Of a stretch of DNA of 64,000 bases, positions 52,810 to 64,000 are shown in pieces (within the stretch, counting starts at the first letter, position 1; each line of letters starts with the position of its first letter). The DNA is from Mobula hypostoma. Taxonomy: Eukaryota. The notes under the pieces are model-generated. The model saw only the letters and a list, made by a program, of their open reading frames with translations. It was not told the origin of the DNA and ran no database searches. Location of the stretch: contig NC_086108.1 of the NCBI RefSeq assembly GCF_963921235.1, positions 63,118,001 through 63,182,000 on the forward strand, written 5' to 3'. Position numbers and translations under genes: made by a program.

Positions 52810-54614
52810 GTCATTCCAGCACAGCCCTGTCTTGGCAGTGTTGGGACTTACATGGTCCTGTTGGCTGGAGCCAGCTTGTCTGCCCTTGGAGGCAGGACTG
52901 AGTCTCCCAAAGGCTCCAGGTTAGTCTGAACAAAGGTCTCCCTCCACGTTGGCCACTGGTCTCGGGAAAGTCTGGGGATCAGAACACTAAACCAAAAACA
53001 CACCCTCTTGCAATCTGGACTTGCAATGATCTTTCCTTCTATTTCATGGAAGAGTTATGCTGGGACAGCCAAGGGTGCCTGAAGATCAGGGATACGTAAA
53101 AAGAATTGAGGATATAGAAACACATGTTCTATGCACGCTCCTCTATCCTCATCTGTAAAACCAATGTCTGCTGTAGGGTCTACCCAAAACCAAGGGGACG
53201 ACCATTCAGGGCTGTTGCAGGTATGGGCTGTCTCAACTCCTGCAGAGGTATGTTCAGCTGATGGGCAGTCGCCAAGTCCAGGAAATTACCGGCTGCCCTG
53301 GAGTCCACGAATGCATTCACCTCTCGTCAGTTCTTACCCCAGGAGATTTGTACCTTCAGCCTGAAACCAGAATCAGTAGGGTTGGGAATAGTAGCTGCTA
53401 CCATCACAGTCCCCCCAACACTGGATGGTCTTAGCAGTGTCCTAATGGCTGCAGCTTTGGACATTCAGCGCGCAGGCGACCTGCTTTCCCGCAGTAATAG
53501 CAGCAACCTCGACTCCAACACTAGGACCTCTCATTGGCGAAATGACTTGTGCAGCCAATTCGCAAGGGCTTGACAGGATCGTCAACAGGAGATGGGCTGG
53601 TCATTGTTCGAGGTCAGGACATGGAACTGCAATGTATTGAGGGCGGACTCGGGATAGCCCTCTTTGACCTCTCGAGGTAGTTCCACTCTTGCACCACCAG
53701 GTGGTTATCAAGGTGACTGGGCTGATTGATCCTTTAGTTTGCCTCAAAGTCAGTCCGTGGTGGTACAGTGTGGTCAAGGCCTCCCTGTTCCAGGCACTCT
53801 CTTGAACCAAAGTCTGAAACTCAACAGCATAGTCAGCTTTATCAGATGATCTGAGGCTCTGTTTGTTCCAGTGGAATGATGGAATGCCCCCCTCATGGCG
53901 GCCATGAATTCCTCCAAGTCCAAGCAAATCTCCAACCTTCACTCCCAATGTGCAGTGGCTGAAGCCAGGGCTCTCCCAGTCAGGAGGGAGATCATGAAGG
54001 CTACCTTTCTGTGCTCCTTAGGGCACCTGGAGTTCAAACGCCAATGGACATTGAATGAGGAAGCCACAGCAAGAGCCTGAGTCACTGCCAAATCTCTCTG
54101 AGGTTGAAAGATGGACCAGCTCTGCAGAACAACTGGCAGCCTCACCCAAGTGACTCTGCTTTCCTCTTTGCGGTGGCTGACACATGGCAACCTGGAAGTT
54201 ATGTATCTCCAGGCTCTGTCTAAAAATGTTCTCACTGTGGCTGCCCATAGCTGACGAGAAGCTCTGATACCCCGCTGGGTCCATATACAGTGTCGAGAGA
54301 CCTATGCAAGGATGATTAGGACCCAAGTACTGGGGTATCTGAGACTAGAATCGAGACACGATACAGTACTGAAATGAAGACAGGGTTCTAATCTAGATAT
54401 GAGACGAAAATCCAAAGTCAAACTGATGATTGAGCACCGAGCCTCATTTCAGGTGCTCTTTAAATATTAAAAACCTGGCACCAAAACAATGTCGCCAATT
54501 AGCAGGGTGGGACTAAATCTTTAAAAAGGCAGCACCAGCTATTCATATTCCAGAGAGTTAGGGGGTCTAAACCCCAGAGGCTGGCACAGTCAGGTGCCTG
54601 TCGAATGTTGAACA
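52810..54614 (-). mobile_element. Sushi-like Gypsy remnant (5' LTR about 54304-54614, gag and protease), decayed
   Basis: MDPAG start, KVAFMISLLTGRALASATAHWE, DYAVEFQTL...WNREAL, protease-end-like LIFRHPWLSQHN near 53050-53090. Confidence 0.8.
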
Positions 54615-55419
54615 CTGTGAGCAATCCGGGCCCCACGAATTTGAAATAAACTTTTTTGTCTAAAAAGAAGCATGATGTAAATTTACCAGAACGATATTCA
54701 AACTCCAATAATTAATTCACACAAAGAGGTAATGCAACTTGGTCTTCTAGTCTCTGGAATTTAGAATGCTTGAAGCATGAGTTAATTGTAGTTTTTAAGA
54801 CAGCTGGGACTCTGCTGGCGAGGTTGGGGAATCTGAGTTCAGGTGGTATGGTGTAAAAATTGGAGCCAGATACAAATGACACTGGTCACTAACCACAGTC
54901 ACCAGAAATTTATTCTATTGTTGATATTTTCTCAGGATTATCATCTGAGGATAATAATAATTTTCCAAGCCAGTTGTGCTGATTAATTATAGCCAGACTA
55001 CAAGAAGCATGACCTTAGCAGTCACCTAAAAAAAGCTATATCGATAAACCTGTTTACTCTCTTGGCTTCTATTCAACATTTTTTTTAAATTTCTGCTTTG
55101 TTTGCAGCAGTGTCTTTCAAAAGCTTCGGGAAAACGATTCCTACCAAGCTTCCAGGTATTGAATATGAGATTCCAAGTATTGGGTCTCTGAATATGAAGG
55201 GCTGCTCAGTTGTCTGCCTTCCTATTGCGCAAAAGGAGACCACAACCTAGTTGTGGAACATATTTCTCCACAAAGATTTAAGTTTACATTTTATCTCACA
55301 ATGTTTCATCACAAAGCACCAGGTGCACTTGTGTTTATAGTGTCAGTGAGTTCAGGTGGCCCAGTTTGGCTGATAAAGATTTGTTTGCCTTTCTGAATAT
55401 AGAACAGTCCAGGCTGCCA

Positions 55420-56320
55420 GCCACAATGCTGTACCAGAACTTTAATCTGCTCCAAGATCTCTTCTCTCCCCACCTACCCCTGGTCATCCATTTTTCTTTC
55501 ATCCATGTGCCTAACAAAGAGACTCTTAAATGTCTCAGTGTATCTGCCTCTCACACCACCCCTGGCAGGGTGTCACACACACCCACCACTCTTTCTCCTC
55601 TGACTTTCCACCAAACTTTCCACATACCATTACTCTTTCCCCATACTTTCCACCAAACACCTTAAAGTTATGCCCCCTCATATTAGTCTTTTCCAACCTG
55701 GAAAAAGGGCACCGCTTGTCCACACTATCTATGCCTCTTATCATCTTGAACACCTCTATCGAGTCACCTCTCATCCTCCTTCTCTCCAGAGGAAAGCTCT
55801 AACTCACACTGACTATCCTCATAAGATGTGCTCTCTAATCCAGGCAGCATCCTGGTAAATCCCTTCTGCACCTTCTCTAAAGCTTCCACAACCTTCCTAT
55901 AATGAGGTGACTAGAACGGAAAACAATATTCCAGGTATTGTCTAACCAGATTTTTATAGACGTATGGCTCTTAAACTCAATCCCCTAACTAATGAAGGCC
56001 AAGGCACCATGTGCCTTCTTAACCACCCTATCAACTTTGAGGGATCTATGGATACGAAACCCAAGTTCCCTCTGTTTCTCCACACTGTTAAGAATCCTAC
56101 CATTTACCCTATACTCTGCCTTCAAGTTTGGCCTTCCAAAGTGAATCACTTCACACTTTTCTGTATTGACCTACATCTGCTACTTCTCAACCCAGCTCTG
56201 CATGCTATCCATGTCCCGTCATAACTTATGATAACCTTCTACACAACCCACAACACCTCCAACCTTCATGGTACTAACCCAGCCTTCCATTTCCTCATCC
56301 AATTATAATAATCACAAGTA
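55420..56320 (-). mobile_element. CR1 RT-to-3' fragment
   Basis: MRGDSIEVFKMIRGIDSVD. Confidence 0.85.
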
Positions 56321-56329
56321 GTAGATGTA

Positions 56330-57340
56330 GTTGCACAGAAGTCTACAATCTGTGCCGATTGGAAGTAACATCTCCACCTCGCTGACAATCAATACTGGCT
56401 CGCCTCAGGGGTGTGTACTTAGCCCACTGCTCTACTCTCTCTATGCCAATGACTGTGAGGCAAGGTAAATTTGCTGATGTAACAACCATTGCTGGCAGAA
56501 TTTCAGATGGTGACTAGAGGGAATATAGGAGCAAGGTATATCAACTAGTTAAGTGGGGTCACAACAACAACCTTGCACTGACCCACAGTAGGGCCAAAGA
56601 GTTGACTGTAGACTTCAGAAAGGGTAAGATGAGGGAACACACACCAGTCCTTATAGAGGGATCAGAAGTGGAAAAAGTGAGCAATTTTAGTTCCCTGGGT
56701 GTCAGCAGCTCTGAGGATCTATTCTGGACCTAACATATCGATGCAGCTACAAAGAAAGCACGACAGCGACTACCTTTCATTAGAAGTTTAAGGAGATTTG
56801 GACTGTCACCAAAAACACTCGCAAATTTCTACAGATGAACCGTGGAGAGTATTCTAACTGGCTGCATCACCATCTTATATGGTGGAGGCTAATGCACAGG
56901 ATCAAAGTAAGCTGCAGAGAATTGTAAATTTAATCAGCTCCTTCATGGACACTAGCCTCTGTAGTATCTAGGACATCTTCAAGGAGCGATGCCTCAAAAA
57001 GATGACAAACATCATTAAGGACCCCTATCACCCAGGTCACACCCTGTTTTCATTGCTATCATCAGGGTGGAGGTACAGAAGAGTGATGGTACACAGTCAA
57101 TGATTCAGGAATGGCTTCTTCCCCTCTGCCATCCATTTTCTGAATGGACATTGAACTCATGAACTCTACCTTGTTACTTTTTTATTTTTGTACAATTTAC
57201 ATAATTTAACCATTTAATATATAAACTTAATGTAATTAATATTTTTTCGATTATTATGTATTTCATTGTACCGCTGCTGCAAAGTCAACATATTTCACGA
57301 CATATGCCGGTGATATTAAACCTGATTCTGATTCTGATTT
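56330..57340 (+). mobile_element. Rex1/Babar 3' half
   Basis: Homologous to 44030-45059; (ctgatt)n tail. Confidence 0.88.
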
Positions 57341-58684
57341 GTAATGATCTTTCAAAAATCACTAGATTCTGACATGGTTCCAGAGGAATGGAAAATTGCA
57401 AATGTCGCACCACTCTTCAAGAAGGGAGGGGGCCAGAAGAAAGGAAATTATAGGCCAGTTAGTCTGATCTCAGTGGCTTGAAAGATATTGGAGTTGATTG
57501 TTAAGAATGTGGTTTTCGAGTACTCGGAAGCATATGATAAAATAGGACATAGTCAGCATGGTTTCTTTCAGGAAAAACCTTGCCTTTCTAGTCTGTTGGA
57601 ATAACAAGCATGATAGTGAAAGCAAAATCAGTGAACAGTGTATATTTGGATTTTCAGAAAGCCTTTGCCAAGGTGCTGCACATGAGGCTACTTAGCAAGA
57701 TATGAGCCCATGATATTATTGGGAAGATACTGGCATGAATAGATCACTAGCTGATTGGCAGGAGGCAAAGAGTGAGAAGAAAGGGAGCCTTTTCTGGTTG
57801 GCTGCTAATGACTAGTAGTGGTCTGTAGGGGTCCGCTTCTCTTTATGTTGTATATCAATGATTTGGGTGATGAAATTGATAGCTTTTTAGCCGAGTTTGA
57901 AGACTATACAAAGATAGATGAAAGGACAGGTAATGTAGAGGAATTAGGGAGGCTGCAGAAGGATTTTGTCAGATTAGAAGAATGGGCAAAGAAGTGACAA
58001 ATGGAATACAGTGTCAGCAAGTGTATGGTCATGCACTTCAGCGGCAGGTACCTATAAAAGCATAGACTATTTTCTAAATGGGGAGAAAATTCAAAAATCC
58101 AAGGCACAAAGGGACTTGGGAGTTCTTATGCAGGATTCGGTAAAGGTAAGTGTGCAGTTTGAGTTGATGGTGAGGAAGGCAAATGCAAAGTCAGCATTCA
58201 TTTCGAGATGACTGCAATATAAAAGGAAGGGTGTAATGCTGATGCTTTATAAGGCACTGGTGAGACCTCACTTGAAGTTTTGGGCCCCCTATTTAAGCTA
58301 AGATATGCTGACTTTGGAGAGGGTTTGGAGAGGTTTACAAGAATGACTCTGGGAGTGAAGGGCTTATCGCCTGAGGAGCGATTGATTGCTCTCGGCCTTT
58401 ACTCACTGGAATTTAGAAAAATGGGGCGGGTGGGAGGCAGGAGCATGCGATTTCTCATTGAAACCTACCAAATGTTGAAAGGCCTAGATAGAATGGATGT
58501 GAAGTGGATGTTTCCTCTCATGGAGGAAGCTAGGGACCAGAAGGAACAGCCTCAGAATAGAGGGAAGTCCATTTAGAACAGAGATGAAGAGAGATATCTT
58601 TTGCCAGAGGGCGGTGAATCTTTAGAATTTATTACCACAGATGGCTGTGGATGCCAGTTCATTGGGTGTATTTAAGGCAGGGGT
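57341..58684 (+). mobile_element. CR1 RT region, cut near its 3' end by a Gypsy insertion
   Basis: PEEWKIANV, LDFQK, LIETYQMLKGLDR; ends at ttaaggcagggg, abutting the LTR. Confidence 0.9.
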
Positions 58685-59812
58685 TGTTGTGTCTGTACAA
58701 CTACATATGATTTAAGTAAAGATACGCACTCAGAGATGAAGTTAGCTTGTATATTCTCTTTGCAGAGAGAGGAAGAAATCAATGCACATGGGTGCATTAT
58801 CAGTCAATAATTAGTGCTAAGGGAAGTCATTGTGCTAAAAGAAATAGATCGATCCATTACACTTCCTCCCTGTTTAGATTAATGTCTCCTGTATCAAAAT
58901 ATTTAATGTCCCTTTAACTGACCATGTTCAAATAGACATGCTTTCATAATAACAGTGTTTGCTTGAATTTTTTCTCTTTTTTTCAAAATAACAGTCCATA
59001 ACTAACTTCATTACACTAAAGATCTAGTCTTTTGGGTGGTGTTCTGTTTATTTCAGGATAGTGCCTCTGGACCTGTGGAGTGGCATGACGTTTGGCAGGT
59101 GCCTTGTCAAAGACAACTTTCTCTATTGCCAGTGTCACGTAGCTGTCAGTGACGTAGTCATCACTGAGAGGTACGTCCGGTGGATGCAATGTATCTGTCT
59201 TGTTGGATGCAGTCGACTCAGGTGTGTTCTTTGACTGAGCATCCACTCTCTGGTCCACATGACTTCTGCATGTCTGACCTCCAACATCCACTGTGTACAT
59301 CAGTGGTCCAGTTCTTGTAGCTATCCTACTGGGTGTTCTTTTGTCTTCTCGGTAATCATGCGCTAGGATTTAGTGTCCAACCTCAAAGCTCATGGCTGAT
59401 TTACTTAGCAATGGGCTGAACTGTTTATTCCGCACCTCCCTCTGTAGATCTGGTTTCACAAGGTCTATGTGAGATCTCAGATTCCTGCTCATGAACAGCA
59501 TTGCAGGTGTTCGATTTGTCATTGTATGAACAGAGTTCCGATACATGAAAAGGAAATTGCTCACCTTGTGCTGAAGAAAAATATCCTCCTTATCCATAGC
59601 TTAAATGGATTTCTTGAAGGTTTCGATAAACCTTTCAGCTAACCCATTTGTTGCTTGGTGGCAAGGAGCTGACTTGAAATGTTTGATGCTATTTTCCTTC
59701 ACGAATAGTCTGAACACTTCTGATGTGTATTGTGGTCTGTTGTCACTCACAATTTGTTCAGTTAAGCCATTTCTGGCAAAGATAGCCATCAGAATGGAAA
59801 CAGTCTTTTCTG

Positions 59813-59910
59813 TAGTCCTGACGAAGTGTCTCGGCCTGAAACGTCGACTGCAGCTCTTCCTAGAGATGCTGCCTGGCCTGCTGCGTTCATCAGCAACTTT
59901 TATGTGTGTT
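59813..59910 (+). mobile_element. 98-bp Penelope pseudo-LTR insertion in the Gypsy integrase
   Basis: 13-bp TSD acagtcttttctg (59800-59812, 59911-59923); homologous to 49667-49763. Confidence 0.9.
59814..59849 (+). ncRNA. Minimal type I hammerhead ribozyme motif
   Basis: AGUC-CUGACGA-agugucucggccu-GAAA-C-GUC-GACU: perfect 4-bp stem I, intact core, weakened stem II. Confidence 0.65.
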
Positions 59911-62900
59911 ACAGTCTTTTCTGAGGTGGTTGACTTCATTGGTATGACCTCAGACCACTTTGAATGAGCATCCACAGCAATCAGAAACATGGAGTGGCCC
60001 AGCAAAGTCAATATGAATTTTTTGCCTTAGTGATGATGGCCACTCCCATGGGAGTACCAGTGCCTGTGGGGGCGCATTTTGAACTTTGTGGCATCTTGAA
60101 CAGCTCAAGACTTCAATCTGTCTATCTATTCTCATCCACCACAGGTAGCTCCGGGTGAGACTCTTCATCTTGACTGTAACCAGGTGTTCTTCATGCAGAT
60201 TCTCTAATACTTCAATGCACAGGTTAGCAGGAATCACAACACAAGATCCACACATCAGCGTTCTTTGACATACAGGAAGCTGTCTCATCTCACTGACAGC
60301 TCTGGAAACACAGGATTACCATGAGCTGGCAATCCTTGCATGGTGATGTCATAGACATTTGACAATATCTGGTCATTCCTTGTTTCTCTTTGTGTTTCAG
60401 AATTAGTTACCATCAGCTGGTCCACCAATGCTGTGTGGAACACCTCTGCTAGGTCACGGAATGGAGACTTTTCTTCTTCAGTTGCCAACAGTTGAAGACG
60501 TGACAAGCCATCAGCATTGCTGTGTTGTTTGGTACCCTGGAACTCTTATGTCATAAGGGTGGGCTCCAGGTGCCCAGCATTGCAACCGGGTAGCAGATAT
60601 CATTGGGATTGAAAATGGACATAAGGGGTTGGTGATGTGTCACTCGAGTAAACTTTTGTCTGTAGAGTTCATTGTGGAGCTTTTTTACTCCCCATACTAG
60701 ACTAAGTGTTTCTTCGTCTGTCTGTGCATTGTTGCATTCTGCGCTCATCAATGATGATGAAGCAAGTTCAATCAGACATTCAAATCCATCTTGCACAGTG
60801 TATGACAACACAGCACCAATGCCATAAGGGGAAGCATCGCACGCCAGTCTGATAGATAGAGATGGGTCATAATGGGTGAGCAGTTCATCAGATGTTAATA
60901 GTCTTTCTGCTTCCTTGAATGCTCTTCCACATCCTTCTGACCATTCCCACTTTTCTCCTGTTTGTAACAGTGTGTACAATGGATGCAGCACTGTAGCAAT
61001 GTTTGGGAGAAGCCGGTGGTTTACAAAGCCCAAGTATGACCTGAGTTGTGACACATTTTCCAGTTTGGGTGCCTGTAGCACTGCGTCAATCTTCTCTTGT
61101 GACTTACATAAGATATGCTTGTCAATGACATATCAACAATATGAGATTTCACTCTTGAAAAAAATCACATTTGTCTCTCTTTGCACGCAGACCATACTCA
61201 TTCAGACTGGTAAGCACTTTAGCAAGGTTCTAGAGGTGCTCTTCATCATTTTTGCCTGTCACAATGATGTCATCAAGGTAACACTGTGTTCCTGGGATAT
61301 CTTGGAGCACTTGGTCCATTGCTCTTTGCCAAATTGCTGGAGCTGATGCGATGCCAAAGACGAGGCAATCCCTTGTGAGTGTGGATAGTGAGGAACTTCC
61401 TGCTTGACTCCTCAATCTCCATTTGCAGATAGCCTTGTGACAAGTCAATCTTTGAAAACCTCTCCCCACCTGCTAAAGGTGCAAAAAATATCTCCTATTC
61501 ATAGCAGGTGATACTGCACAGTACGCAGCACAGAGTTGATGCTTACTTTGAAGTCCCCACATCTACGAACAGCTCCAGCCTTCCCTTTCTTGATCACCGG
61601 ACAATGGCCTGGCCCAATTGTTAATCGTTCCACTTCACCTTGGAGAGAATGCCAGACACCTCCAAGCTCTGAAGTTCAACATCCACTTTAGGATGTAGTG
61701 CAGAAAGCACTGTTGACATATTGAGAGCTATGATTGTGCACCAAGTCTAGTTGGATTTTTCTCAACCATTCATGTCCGAAAAGTTCTGGCCATCCACTTT
61801 TCATGCATAAAGCTCTAACTGCTGTTTTTTGCCTCTGTACATCACATTCACTTTCATTTTGCCTTTGGGATATAATTTTTCACCTGCTTAAGTCTTTAGC
61901 ATCACCAAGGTATTTTCTAATTGTAGTTTAGAAAACAGTCTGTTGTAGTCAGCTTCTGAAGTTACAGATGAAGCTGACCCTGTATCCAGCTACATTTGCA
62001 GTTTTACACCAGACACATCTATTGTGATCCATGTGATTTTGAAATCTGCTTCAGGAATGCTACATAGTTCTAGGCATGACTGCTTACCTTTGTCAGACTC
62101 TGTGTTGTATGATTCATTTTCACATTCAGTCATTTTATGCCTTTGTTTAGTTTTGTATTTGAAACATTTCACTATAAGTTGTGTTTTTTTTCTTTAGTTG
62201 AGCTTTTTGTCAGACTTGCACAGTCTCTCTATGTGGCCTTGTCTGTGACACTTTCTGCTAACATTTTCTTTGAACTGTTATTTGCATCTTGGGAGGACTT
62301 GCCACATCAATAACATTTTTGGCTTATGCATCATACAGGGACATTTTTTGTGTTCACATTCTAAACTCTTTTTCTGTAGTTCTGACACATCCTTTGCTGC
62401 TGTCTCCATTTATGTTGCTTGCAATGATCAATGCCCATTCTAAGTTTAGGTCGCTTTCTGATAGTAGTCTCTTTTGAGTGCTTTGACCATCCCTGCCACG
62501 TACAAATCTGTCCCTTAATGCATCAGAAAGTCCATCTCTAAAGTCACAGTATTGGGAAAGCTTATGCAGTTCTGCAATGTATTCAGAAGTGCTTTCATCC
62601 TTTGACTGGTTCCTTTTGTAAAATCTAAATCTATCAGTGATTTCTAGTGGTTTTAAGCTCAAGTGACTATAAACTTTCAACAATTTCATTGAATGACTTG
62701 CTGGTTTTTCATGAGTTACTAAGTTGCATAAGAGACTGTACATTTTAGCAACCATTTATCTAAGAAATGTGGAGACTATCTTTTCCTCATCCACATCATT
62801 AGCAATACAATACAGTTCAACCCTTTTGATATACAATTCCCAGTCCTTGTTAGCACTATCAAATTTGTCAACTTTCCCGAATAAGGCCATCGATATGTTA

Positions 62901-63275
62901 GTTTCACTTTAACTTTGTTAGTCGTGCATCTCTCACTTTGTACTCTGCACTGTCAGTCACGCATCCCTGTGCTAGCATCTGTGACTGCCTTCTCTTTACT
63001 GGTTCACTCGTTCCTCTCGCTCTCTCTCTCTCTCTCTCCCTTCCTCCAGGTTCTGTCATCTCGTAACTGTCAGTGCAGTCGGTGATATTCGCTGACATTC
63101 AGGTTTGTACTTGTCACCAATTTGTGTGTCTGTACAACTACATATCAAATAAATAAAGGTACACAGAGAGGTAAAGTTAACTTGTATATTCGCTTTTCAA
63201 AGGGAGCAGCAAATCAATGCACATGGGTAAGTTATCAGTCAATAATTAGTGCTGAGGGGTTCATTGTGCTAAAAG

Positions 63276-64000
63276 TCAGAGAAAATGTCATGGCAGTACT
63301 CAGGACAGACAGGAAAGCTTGTCCAGTGAGGTTTTAATGGATAGAACTGAGGAATAAGAAAGGTATGACCACATTAATGTGATTATATTATATACTATTC
63401 ATCAATCTTGGGGGGAGGGGTGGGTTAGAGGAGCAAATTTGTATGGATTTTTGCATCTGTATTTACCTGGTAGATAGACACAGAGTCTAAGGATGTGAGG
63501 CAATGCAGTAGTGAGGTCATGGATCATATACAGATTACAGAGGCGGTGGTGTTTGCTGTCTAAAGGCAATTTAGGATGGATAAATCCCCAGGGACTGACA
63601 ATGGACCCTGTGGGAGGCTAATGCAGAAATTGCAGGTGCCATAGCAGAGATATTTATAACAGCCTTAGCTATGGTGAGGTGCTGGAGGATTGGAGGATAG
63701 CTAATGTTGTTCTGGTGTTTAAGAAAGGCTCTAAGAATAAGCCAGGAAATTATAGGCCAGTGAGCCTGACATCAGTAGTGGGGAAATTTTTGGTATTCTA
63801 AGGGACGGGATATGCTGTATCAGTATTTAGATAGATAGGGACTGATTAGGGATCGTCAACATGGCTTGTGTATGGTAAGTCATATCTAACCAATCTTATA
63901 GAGTTTGTCGAGGAAGTTACCTGGAAAGTTGGTGATGGTAAGGCAGAAGATATTGTCTACATGGGCTTTACCAAGGCCTTAGAAAAGGACCTGCATCAGA
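63276..64000 (+). mobile_element. CR1 fragment with internal deletions, running off the window
   Basis: [32 protein letters not shown]. Confidence 0.88.

Larger units (their letters stand above)
58685..63275 (-). mobile_element. Near full-length decayed Ty3/Gypsy LTR retrotransposon (Mag/K02A2.6-like gag-pol)
   Basis: 3' LTR 58685-58861 (TGT...ACA) with adjacent PPT cagggaggaag; 5' LTR about 63123-63275; PBS TGGTGACAAG; gag RFRFYKRNQ; RT FGIASAPAIWQ and YLDDII; RNase H CDASPYGIGAVL; integrase VDAHSKW, IVSDN, TNGLAERF. Confidence 0.95.

Noticed and set aside
59601..60011. Integrase ORF with an apparent extra domain
   Set aside because: The extra residues are the 98-bp insert plus 13-bp TSD (111 nt, in frame); the surrounding pol is broken.
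1..64000. CRISPR arrays, tRNA or rRNA genes, operons
   Set aside because: None seen; tRNA-like boxes belong to SINE heads and the sequence is eukaryotic.

Overview
This is repeat-dense vertebrate genomic DNA, not prokaryotic; the repeat families suggest a cartilaginous fish (inference). One spliced protein-coding gene lies on the minus strand: an RNF170-family C3HC4 RING E3 ligase. Four exons are firm (32513-32405, 25806-25733, 24486-24376, 22960-22694) and two upstream exons are plausible (45866-45823, 38474-38384). Together they give a 231-aa product that seems to lack the N-terminal transmembrane helix of canonical RNF170, so it is probably a paralog. Most other recognisable sequence is decayed or nested transposable elements: many CR1 LINEs, Rex1/Babar LINEs, Penelope-like pieces with minimal hammerhead-ribozyme motifs, a near full-length Gypsy, a Sushi-like Gypsy remnant, two solo LTRs, Tigger, Tc1 and mariner derivatives, and SINEs. 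TE family names come from motif recognition, not database searches, and many TE boundaries are approximate. I found no convincing wholly new biological system. The best leads are the RNF170 paralog, the hammerhead-bearing mini-insertion, a Tigger4-like element and a double-tailed inverted CR1.
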